Below are positions 9,082 to 16,438 of a stretch of 33,501 nt of DNA, piece by piece (the first letter of the stretch is position 1; every line of letters starts with the position of its first letter). Origin of the DNA: Bdellovibrionota bacterium FG-1 (GTDB lineage Bacteria; Bdellovibrionota; UBA1018); the NCBI GenBank assembly GCA_051382295.1, contig JBBCAW010000122.1, forward strand, positions 1 to 33,501. Reading direction: 5' to 3'. Position numbers and translations under genes: made by a program. The notes under the pieces are model-generated. The model was not told the DNA's origin and ran no database searches. It was given only the letters and a program-made list of their open reading frames with translations.

Positions 9082-9846
9082 ATGCGTAAAATTATTTTAT
9101 TGATCAGCATTTTCGCATGCGGGCCGGCAATGGCCGCAAGTCCGGCAGACTATCTAGGATGTGCGAAAGTGTTGCTTGATTCCATTTGTTTCTATTCTTC
9201 CTCATTATCACCACTCACGCAAGATGGGCTAATGATCGGCAATTCTGCCAAAGGATTGAGTTTTTGGATTTACAAGGGAAACCATGCTTATTACATCCCG
9301 ATCCCCAAGGAGATGAAGTGCATAGACTATAATATAGATACTAGCCCAGGATGTTATAGTAATGTGAAAACCCTGATTCCAGGCGATGGAATCATGGAAA
9401 AATCAAAACCACTTTACATTTACATCGAAAGAATAAAGACTAAAAATGGGTTCGCTCCGATCACCGAAAAGGACACCTATAAGTTTGCTAGACCCAGCTT
9501 ATTAAGACCTGAAGATTCAAAATTCACGACGAACGTCGAAGCCGGCGACAACTGGGGGGCAGACGCCGAAAACCAGATTTTGAATCGTATCATTGGGATG
9601 AGCGAAAATCTCGCTCGCCGTTATTGGGGAGCTAAAGCCCAAGAGTCAAACGGCAGAGGCAAAGAGGCCCCAGAGATCGGGTCAACAAAGATACCTAACG
9701 AGGCTTTTCTAAAACCGTGCTTTGATCTCCAAAATTCGCAGATCAACCAAAATATACGAGATCAAATTAAGAAAATTCAGGACTCTAATGCGTTGCCCAC
9801 TGGAAGTGAAGCAGCACCAAGTAGATCAGCTGCTGCGGCCAAATGA
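9082..9846 (+). CDS. Secreted hypothetical protein
   Basis: AGGGG RBS; signal peptide MRKIILLISIFACGPAMA; AT-rich coding sequence. Confidence 0.75.
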   Translation: MRKIILLISIFACGPAMAASPADYLGCAKVLLDSICFYSSSLSPLTQDGLMIGNSAKGLSFWIYKGNHAYYIPIPKEMKCIDYNIDTSPGCYSNVKTLIPGDGIMEKSKPLYIYIERIKTKNGFAPITEKDTYKFARPSLLRPEDSKFTTNVEAGDNWGADAENQILNRIIGMSENLARRYWGAKAQESNGRGKEAPEIGSTKIPNEAFLKPCFDLQNSQINQNIRDQIKKIQDSNALPTGSEAAPSRSAAAAK

Positions 9847-9950
9847 CTTCGTTCAGCGACTTCGGTCGAGTTTAAGATGTTCAAACCACCTTTTTTTATT
9901 TCAGTGGGGGGTTTTACCCAGATCCAAAGCTAGGGGAGAGACGGGTCAGC

Positions 9951-10370
9951 TCACGCTCGCTTTAGGACAATGCTCAAAGTTGGATCGATCGCGTGTAAAA
10001 GCTTTTCAAATTGCTCAACTGATGGCTTTCGATTTCCCTGCTCGTATCTCGCGAAAGCGTTCGGAGAGCTAGATCCAAGGCGTTCGGATGCCTCCATTAG
10101 TTTCACGTTCTGCGCCACTCGGATGCTTCGCAGGATAAATGGAAGGAATACCGACAAGTCGTTTCCACTCACCAGAAACGTGTTGTCATCGGATGCCTCG
10201 CACATTGCTTCAAATCCGGCGTGATCAACTGCAATCTCCACGGCCTCCTTCGCCATACGGAGCGCGTTTGTACGTGACTTACCCTGGGTATAGATCGCAA
10301 GATCCTGGATCTCTACTGACCAGTGTTTCTCTTTTCCCTTCGGGGGATGAAGGCGCCCTTCAACTTTCAT
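9951..10370 (-). CDS. hicB: HicB-family antitoxin with C-terminal XRE HTH
   Basis: N-terminal WSVEIQDLAIYTQGKSRTNALRMAKEAV (HicB fold); C-terminal EASERLG..SPNAFARYEQGNRKPSVEQFEKLL (HTH); AAGGAG RBS. Confidence 0.8.
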   Translation of the reverse strand: MKVEGRLHPPKGKEKHWSVEIQDLAIYTQGKSRTNALRMAKEAVEIAVDHAGFEAMCEASDDNTFLVSGNDLSVFLPFILRSIRVAQNVKLMEASERLGSSSPNAFARYEQGNRKPSVEQFEKLLHAIDPTLSIVLKRA

Positions 10371-10425
10371 TTTCGCTCCTTTGGCGGATTCGCTTGAGTT
10401 GTGTTTCCAGGTCCCGCTTCTTCAT
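10360..10425 (-). pseudogene. hicA: hicA toxin remnant with an internal frameshifting deletion
   Basis: ATG 10425 reads MKKRDLETQLKR (HicA-like N-terminus) and stops after 21 aa. A shifted frame reads ANPPKERK* with TGA overlapping the hicB ATG. Confidence 0.7.
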
Positions 10426-10460
10426 GATTCAAGTATTACACCTAGTGGTGTAATGGTCAA
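10426..10460 (-). promoter_or_regulatory. sigma70 promoter of hicAB with palindromic operator
   Basis: TTGACC-N17-AATACT-N6-ATG; inverted repeat ATTACACC-TAGT-GGTGTAAT at 10435-10454. Confidence 0.7.
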
Positions 10461-10468
10461 TGCGTCAG

Positions 10469-10621
10469 AAACTGGTCCCTCACTCTAGGTTTTCTAGAAG
10501 GTAACTCTGCTAAATTTTAGGGAAATATCTATTTCCGGTTAAAAAATTTAGCTGGTTTTAATGATTTTATTTAAATATCAGTCACTTACACTACTTAAAA
10601 CCTAGGCAAGGGGACCAGTTT
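10469..10621. repeat. 153-bp AT-rich element bounded by imperfect 25-bp inverted repeats (MITE/REPIN-like)
   Basis: 10469-10493 AAACTGGTCCCtcactCTAGGTTTT versus reverse complement of 10597-10621 AAACTGGTCCCcttgcCTAGGTTTT (20/25 identical, no gaps). Confidence 0.55.
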
Positions 10622-10676
10622 TAGCCATGCACACAGTTGGAGGTCACTTTCGTATTGCGTAGAGTCAAAAAAGGGG

Positions 10677-10711
10677 TTGACGTCGTGTCCCAGATATGGG
10701 ACACTTCCTGA
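10677..10711 (+). promoter_or_regulatory. sigma70 promoter of the relE-like/XRE TA pair with palindromic operator
   Basis: TTGACG-N17-GACACT-N6-GTG; inverted repeat GTGTCCCA-GATA-TGGGACAC at 10685-10704. Confidence 0.7.
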
Positions 10712-11044
10712 GTGAAACCAGCTCGATTTCACCAGAAAGCACGAATTGCGATTCAGGAATTTCCCGAGGACGTTCGCCGGGAGCTTGGCAAGGCGATTTT
10801 TGATCTCCAGAAGGGCGAAAAAATAGGAATGCCTCTTTCCCGTTCGATGCCGTCAGCTGGAACCGGCGTGGAGGAGCTTCGAATTAAGGATCGCAGCGGC
10901 GCCTTTCGCGTCTTTTACCTGGCAAGACTGGCCGATGAGGTTTTAATTTTCCATGCGTTCACGAAAAAGACACAAAAGACGAAAAAATCCGAAATAGTCC
11001 TCGGAAAAAAACGATTAAAGGAATTGCTCGATGAAAAAAAATAA
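10712..11044 (+). CDS. Type II TA toxin, RelE/ParE superfamily (Gp49/HigB-like)
   Basis: GVEELRIKDRSGAFRVFY and IFHAFTKKTQKT motifs; toxin-first order with the overlapping HTH gene. Confidence 0.85.
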   Translation: MKPARFHQKARIAIQEFPEDVRRELGKAIFDLQKGEKIGMPLSRSMPSAGTGVEELRIKDRSGAFRVFYLARLADEVLIFHAFTKKTQKTKKSEIVLGKKRLKELLDEKK

Positions 11045-11330
11045 GACGAATGTCGCATGTTCAGCGAAAGAGCTGGCGGAACTCCTGGGACTCTCTTCGG
11101 CTGATGGGCTTGAGATTGAGATCCGAAGCGACCTGAACGACAAAATTGTGGAAATCATTGAGCACAAAGGTCTAACCCATGCTCAGGTTGCAAAGCTCGC
11201 CCATACGTCGCGGACGCGTGTTACCGCCCTCGTCAACCGCAACACAGCGGACATATCGACAGATTTGATGCTTCGGATTCTCTCGGCTCTCGGCGTGCGG
11301 GCAAAAATTCGATTTGATCAGGCTGCGTAA
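11031..11330 (+). CDS. XRE-family HTH antitoxin (HigA-like)
   Basis: GLTHAQVAKLAHTSRTRVTALVN..ISTDLMLRILSALG HTH; overlaps the toxin stop. Confidence 0.85.
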   Translation: MKKNKTNVACSAKELAELLGLSSADGLEIEIRSDLNDKIVEIIEHKGLTHAQVAKLAHTSRTRVTALVNRNTADISTDLMLRILSALGVRAKIRFDQAA

Positions 11331-11352
11331 AAACCCAATCTTAACCTCGTAC

Positions 11353-11898
11353 CTAAGGTTGTCGTTGCTGCTGAGTCTGCTGCTGCTGTCTTTGTAAATA
11401 TCCATCTGGCCAGTTTAAAAATTGGATATTCTTTTCGGATTCACAACGGTAGTTCCATAAAACAAAGTTTTCCGCATTAAGTCTAGCGGCCTGAATATCC
11501 ATTCGATATTCAGGGTAAGACCAAACGCATTCTTGCTGAGGAATATTGGGATTTTGCTGCTGTTGTTGGCACTGCTGGTCCCCTCCGCATTTGTCAGGTA
11601 CCCGTTGACCGCTGGCATCGTAAAAAACAGAGGAAGGGGACACCTGATCGTTTATTTTACAGATCTTGACTGCTTGAACACTCTCATCAAAGTTTTCAAA
11701 AATCTCCAAAGATCCGCTCCAGGAATCCCCGGTGTACTCAGAGCAGGATTTTCCGCCCCCTACATGCGGCGTACAGTTCGAAACTTCTGTACCATAGCAT
11801 CGCATCGCTACTGCTTTCATACTCCTGCCCTTTGCCCACCCGCCCGTGCTCCATAAAATACACACCGTAAACACCAAACCCATGATTCCGTTTTTCAT
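11353..11898 (-). CDS. Secreted Cys-containing, Gln-rich hypothetical protein
   Basis: AGGAGG RBS before ATG 11898; signal peptide MKNGIMGLVFTVCILWSTGGWA; several Cys; two poly-Q tracts. Confidence 0.75.
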   Translation of the reverse strand: MKNGIMGLVFTVCILWSTGGWAKGRSMKAVAMRCYGTEVSNCTPHVGGGKSCSEYTGDSWSGSLEIFENFDESVQAVKICKINDQVSPSSVFYDASGQRVPDKCGGDQQCQQQQQNPNIPQQECVWSYPEYRMDIQAARLNAENFVLWNYRCESEKNIQFLNWPDGYLQRQQQQTQQQRQP

Positions 11899-12030
11899 AA
11901 ATCCTCCTGTCTCGTCAGAGACGAGAGGATGATTAATCCAATTAATGCCGCAATGCATCGATGTAATCATTCAATAGGCATCTTTCCGTAGCATTATTGC
12001 TACAACATTTGGTTTAACTATTCATATTTA

Positions 12031-12065
12031 TTGACAAAGCTGTCGCTGATTTACACACTAACTCA
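12031..12065 (+). promoter_or_regulatory. sigma70 promoter, probable leaderless start
   Basis: TTGACA-N17-CACACT-N6-GTG(12066), no Shine-Dalgarno. Confidence 0.6.
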
Positions 12066-12827
12066 GTGAAATCCAACCTCCGCCGATACCTGAAACAAGA
12101 ATTTAACCGACGCAAGAAAAAGAACTCTCGCTACTCAATCCGCAGCTTTGCGCGTGATTTAAAAATCGACCCGACGGCACTCTCACGTATTCTGGCCGGC
12201 GCTCGTGCAATCGGCTCCAAAACAGCACAAAGGATTCTCTTGCATCTAAAGCTCGATCCCGCGACTCGCGAGACATTGCTCCACTCGCTCGTGGCCCCCG
12301 AAGATCATGCAGTACCGGTAGATGCAGACTATGTCGAGCTCACAGCCGATCAAATGGATCGCATGGACGAATGGATATACTCAGCAATTCTCGAGCTGGC
12401 GCGCTCCAAAAGTGTTCGCAAAGATTTGACAGGGATGGCGGACTACTTTGGAATCCCGATCGCACAGGCCGAAAAATACGTGAACGTCCTGCTCGATATT
12501 GGATTGCTGCGCCGAACGGAGAATGGTTTTCGCAAGCTGCATGATAAAGCCACGGCACCTAAGATCAACTCCGCCGCACTTAAAAGGATCTTTTCGGGCT
12601 ACATCGATCGCGCCAAAGCCGCGCTCGAGAACCACCCCGATGACAGTCACGACATCAGCGGCATCACCCTACTGATCTCACGGGATAAGCTCGCTGAAGC
12701 CCCTAAGCGGATCAAGGAGTTCAGACGCAGCCTGGCCCACTTTATCGAGTCCGATGAGGGCGAGGACCTCTACCGCATCAATGTGCAGCTATTTGCACTC
12801 AAAGGGCCCATTAAGACACCTTTATAA
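12066..12827 (+). CDS. TIGR02147/DUF4423-family HTH protein
   Basis: YLKQEFNRRKKKNSRYSIRSFARDLKI N-terminal HTH; W.Y.AILEL; C-terminal IKEFRRSL...LYRINVQLF. Confidence 0.85.
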   Translation: MKSNLRRYLKQEFNRRKKKNSRYSIRSFARDLKIDPTALSRILAGARAIGSKTAQRILLHLKLDPATRETLLHSLVAPEDHAVPVDADYVELTADQMDRMDEWIYSAILELARSKSVRKDLTGMADYFGIPIAQAEKYVNVLLDIGLLRRTENGFRKLHDKATAPKINSAALKRIFSGYIDRAKAALENHPDDSHDISGITLLISRDKLAEAPKRIKEFRRSLAHFIESDEGEDLYRINVQLFALKGPIKTPL

Positions 12828-12907
12828 TGCGGTGCTTCTTGGATTTTTAGCAACCCAATCGCAAATTTGTTTCAAAATTTCTATTTTCATTTATAAACTC
12901 GGAGAAC

Positions 12908-12985
12908 GGATCTAAGGAGCGTTGCGAGGCACCCACCCTTTGGTGTGCCCTAGGCTTGGATTCGGTTTTTACAACGGCGCTCACC
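12908..12985 (+). ncRNA. SAH riboswitch
   Basis: AAGGAGCGTTGCGA...TAGGCTTGG...CAACGGCGCTCAC matches the SAH riboswitch consensus, including the GAGCG/CGCTC pseudoknot; lies directly upstream of ahcY. Confidence 0.9.
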
Positions 12986-13088
12986 TATTTAATCGTGTCA
13001 GGCACGAAAACAAGGTGAGAGTCTCTCTTTTCTGCCTTGCCTTTTTTTCCTGACAATTCAATTCGATTCAAACAAGGAGTTATCGCTC

Positions 13089-14489
13089 GTGGCAAATTCT
13101 AACGATTACGTGATTGCAGACATTAAACTGGCCGACTGGGGCCGCAGGGAAATCAAAATCGCTGAGACCGAAATGCCGGGCCTCATGGCGATTCGCGAAG
13201 AGTTCGCAGCCTCTAAGCCCCTCAAAGGCGCTCGCATCACCGGTTCCCTTCACATGACCATCCAAACTGCCGTGCTGATCGAAACCCTGCACGCACTCGG
13301 AGCCGAAGTCCGCTGGGCTTCGTGCAATATCTTTTCGACGCAAGATCACGCGGCCGCTGCGATCGCCGCTGCGGGCTTTCCAGTCTTCGCAGTCAAGGGC
13401 GAAACCCTTACCGAGTATTGGGATTACACCCACCGCATTTTTGATTGGCCAGATGGCAACCACGCGAACATGATTTTAGATGATGGCGGCGATGCCACGC
13501 TCTTGCTTCATCTCGGAACTCGGGCCGAAAAGGACCTCTCGGTTCTTGCTAAGCCGACTTCCGAAGAAGAAACCATCTTGTTTGCCTCGATCAAAAAGAA
13601 GCTCACCGTTCACCCGAATTGGTACTCCAAGCGCCTAGCCCAAATCAAAGGCGTGACCGAAGAAACCACCACCGGAGTGCACCGCTTGATTCAGATGCAT
13701 GCTCGCGGAGATTTGAAGTTTCCAGCGATCAACGTCAATGACTCCGTCACCAAATCCAAGTTCGACAATCTCTATGGTTGCCGCGAATCTTTGGTCGATG
13801 GCATCAAGCGCGCCACCGATGTGATGATCGCCGGCAAAGTAGCGGTCGTGGCCGGTTACGGCGACGTCGGCAAGGGCTCTGCCCAAGCACTGCGCGCGCT
13901 TTCAGCTCAAGTCTGGATCACCGAAATTGACCCCATTTGCGCACTTCAAGCCGCGATGGAAGGCTATCGCGTTGTGACCATGGATTACGCCGCCAAACTG
14001 GCCGACATTTTTGTCACCACGACCGGCAATTTTCATGTCATCACGCATGACCACATGAAGGACATGAAGAACCAAGCCATCGTTTGCAATATTGGGCATT
14101 TTGACAATGAAATCGATGTCGCTTCGCTCGAAAAGTACAAGTGGGAAGAAATCAAACCTCAGGTTGATCACGTCATTTTCCCCGATGGAAAACGGATCAT
14201 CCTGTTGGCCAAGGGGCGCTTGGTCAACCTGGGCTGCGGCACGGGTCATCCAAGCTACGTGATGTCTTCTTCATTTGCCAATCAGACGATTGCGCAGATC
14301 GAGCTTTTCACCCGCGCTGATAAATATCCGCTTGGCGTACATGTTCTACCCAAGCACTTAGACGAAAAGGTCGCCCGCTTGCAGCTAAAGAAGCTCAATG
14401 CGCAGCTGACGGTCCTCAGAGATGACCAGGCCAAGTACATTGGTGTGCCGAAAGAAGGCCCCTACAAGGCCGAGCATTACCGCTATTAA
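13089..14489 (+). CDS. ahcY: Adenosylhomocysteinase
   Basis: [63 protein letters not shown]-terminal HYRY; AAGGAG RBS. Confidence 0.98.
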   Translation: MANSNDYVIADIKLADWGRREIKIAETEMPGLMAIREEFAASKPLKGARITGSLHMTIQTAVLIETLHALGAEVRWASCNIFSTQDHAAAAIAAAGFPVFAVKGETLTEYWDYTHRIFDWPDGNHANMILDDGGDATLLLHLGTRAEKDLSVLAKPTSEEETILFASIKKKLTVHPNWYSKRLAQIKGVTEETTTGVHRLIQMHARGDLKFPAINVNDSVTKSKFDNLYGCRESLVDGIKRATDVMIAGKVAVVAGYGDVGKGSAQALRALSAQVWITEIDPICALQAAMEGYRVVTMDYAAKLADIFVTTTGNFHVITHDHMKDMKNQAIVCNIGHFDNEIDVASLEKYKWEEIKPQVDHVIFPDGKRIILLAKGRLVNLGCGTGHPSYVMSSSFANQTIAQIELFTRADKYPLGVHVLPKHLDEKVARLQLKKLNAQLTVLRDDQAKYIGVPKEGPYKAEHYRY

Positions 14490-14501
14490 TTGAAGTGTTT
14501 C

Positions 14502-14528
14502 GAAGGGAGGGGAGTTTCTCCTCCCTTC
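14502..14528 (+). terminator. Stem-loop after ahcY, possible terminator
   Basis: GAAGGGAGG...CCTCCCTTC 9-bp perfect stem; weak U-tract. Confidence 0.5.
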
Positions 14529-14538
14529 ATTCATTCCA

Positions 14539-15261
14539 ATGCCACTTCGAATTCTCTACCAAGATCCCCACCTAGTCGCAGTCGATAAGCCCTCGGGATT
14601 TCATGTTCATCCCCCTGAGGACCAAGCCATTCGAATTCGTCCGTCCATCAATTGCCTCCACATTTTGGGCCGCCAACTGGATCAGTATCTTTACCCCGTG
14701 CATCGAATCGATTGCGCAACCTCGGGAGTTCTCATTTTTGCCCTGGATCAAGAAACCGCCCGACAGCTCAGCCAAGGGTTTCAAAATCGTTTGATCAAAA
14801 AGACCTATTACTGCGTGGTTCGAGGGTGGATGCCCGACTCGCTCACCATTGATCGCCCTTTAAGCTCCGAAAATGACCCGGATACCTATATGCCGGCTTC
14901 AACCGCTTTTTTGCAAATTTCTCAACTTGAGCTGCCACTTGCGATCGGTCAACACCCCACCGTCCGATATTCATTGCTTCAAGCGCAACCAGCCAGTGGA
15001 AGATACCATCAAATTCGGCGGCATTTGGCGGGACACTCCCACCCGATTATCGGCGATGCTATCCGGGGCGATGGCATTCACAATCGACTCTTTCGTGACC
15101 AGCTTCAAATTCCTTCGCTTCTTCTCAAAAGCCAACGGCTTGAATTCACTCATCCCCGTACGGGCGAGCCGTTAAGAATTGAATCGCGATGGACCAAGAA
15201 ATGGCATAAAATTTTCGATCTGTTCGGAGTTTGTCCGGTTAGAATGAGTGAGCCAGTTTAA
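14539..15261 (+). CDS. RluA/TruC-family RNA pseudouridine synthase (TruC-like)
   Basis: VAVDKPSG, PVHRIDCATSG (catalytic Asp), GRYHQIRRHL..HPIIGD; no S4 domain. Confidence 0.9.
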   Translation: MPLRILYQDPHLVAVDKPSGFHVHPPEDQAIRIRPSINCLHILGRQLDQYLYPVHRIDCATSGVLIFALDQETARQLSQGFQNRLIKKTYYCVVRGWMPDSLTIDRPLSSENDPDTYMPASTAFLQISQLELPLAIGQHPTVRYSLLQAQPASGRYHQIRRHLAGHSHPIIGDAIRGDGIHNRLFRDQLQIPSLLLKSQRLEFTHPRTGEPLRIESRWTKKWHKIFDLFGVCPVRMSEPV

Positions 15262-15760
15262 GCCTCACCACTCGCCCCAACTCAAACGACAAAACGCCAC
15301 CCAGTAAGCCACCTAAAACCCAGGCGAGGCCCAAAGTTAAAACCCGCTCTCCGCTGAGGCAAACAAACACTCCCGCAGAGAGCAAGGTCATTACACTGAG
15401 CTGCAAGACCCTTGAATTCCGAATGACTCTGATCTCTTCCGAGCGCAGTACGGCGCTTCCGATTAAACCACTCGCACCCAAAAACACCGAACCACAGCCG
15501 ACCATGCAGCCCGCCTCACCAAAACGCATAAACAAAGCCATCAAACCCATGCCGGGAAATAAAGAAATACCAAATTGCGGACAGAACAAAAGAACAAGAG
15601 CTCCCACCAACAATTGAATCACTCCCAGCTTCGAAAAAACGCGCCATACCGAAGGATTGAGATCCGCTCGGACGGTTGCCAAAATCTGGTCGGTGCGTGC
15701 GGCAGGCGGAAGGGCTTCCGGGCTATTTAAAAATTCTGAATACATCGTATCGGGTTTCAT
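15239..15760 (-). CDS. Multi-pass membrane protein, putative anti-sigma factor
   Basis: ATGA overlap with the ECF sigma stop; several TM helices with Cys (LFCPQFG, GCMVGCG). Confidence 0.65.
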   Translation of the reverse strand: MKPDTMYSEFLNSPEALPPAARTDQILATVRADLNPSVWRVFSKLGVIQLLVGALVLLFCPQFGISLFPGMGLMALFMRFGEAGCMVGCGSVFLGASGLIGSAVLRSEEIRVIRNSRVLQLSVMTLLSAGVFVCLSGERVLTLGLAWVLGGLLGGVLSFELGRVVRLKLAHSF

Positions 15761-16281
15761 TGGACTGACCTCAACTTTTTCACGGCTCTGCTAATGAGTT
15801 GGCGAACATTCACCGGAGACGTGCTGAGTTTTTCCGCGATTTTCTCAAAAGATAGATCTTCGGAATATCGGAGTTCAATGGCCTGCCTTTGGGTCACGGA
15901 AAGGACGGCCAAATCAGGAAGTATGTGTCCTTCTTCTTGCACTCTTTCTTGGGCATTCTCGATGGCGACGGGATCAGCGTCCTCTTGAGTTCGCTGTTTT
16001 TTTCGAACGGCATCAATCAGGGTGTTCCGACAAATCGTAAAGAGCCACGGTAAAAAGCCAAAAGCCGGATCATAACTCGCGCGCGACTGGTGAAGTTTGA
16101 GAAAGGTCGCTTGAAAAACATCGTCCGCCATGGCTTGATCTCTCAGTTTTTTAACCAAAAACCCGTAAACTTTACGCGAGTGGCGTTGGTAGAGTGCCGC
16201 AAAAGCCGCCTCATCGCCCTGCTGGTACGCCGTCATCAGGGCCTCGCTACTCGGGTCATTTACTGGGTTCATCGCATTCAC
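15757..16281 (-). CDS. ECF RNA polymerase sigma factor
   Basis: GDEAAFAALYQRH, ADDVFQATFLKL, F.PWLFTICRN (region 2); LS..QRQAIELRY.EDLSFEKIAEKL (region 4). Confidence 0.92.
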   Translation of the reverse strand: MNAMNPVNDPSSEALMTAYQQGDEAAFAALYQRHSRKVYGFLVKKLRDQAMADDVFQATFLKLHQSRASYDPAFGFLPWLFTICRNTLIDAVRKKQRTQEDADPVAIENAQERVQEEGHILPDLAVLSVTQRQAIELRYSEDLSFEKIAEKLSTSPVNVRQLISRAVKKLRSVQ

Positions 16282-16375
16282 TCTATCATACTGAGGAATA
16301 CGCGCCCCCCCTCTTTTGTGACAATTCTCAAAAAAGACAATTATTATGCACTCTTAGGGGGCCAGACCGAACACA

Positions 16376-16414
16376 ATGACGCAGGCCTCAACCAAAAGGT
16401 AGGGACTACCTTTT
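16376..16414 (+). repeat. 39-bp direct repeat, copy 1 (upstream of the triterpene cyclase)
   Basis: ATGACGCAGGCCTCAACCAAAAGGTAGGGACTACCTTTT, identical to 18327-18365. Confidence 0.95.
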
Positions 16415-16438
16415 AAAGATGAGGTATTCGCAGGGGCT

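Noticed and set aside
11899..11970. ORF-track N-terminal extension of the Gln-rich secreted protein
   Set aside because: A strong AGGAGG RBS and signal peptide place the start at 11898.
13080..14249. Minus-strand ORFs opposite ahcY (likewise those opposite gdhA, PPDK_N and SNF2)
   Set aside because: Typical antisense open frames caused by codon bias in conserved genes; no motifs.
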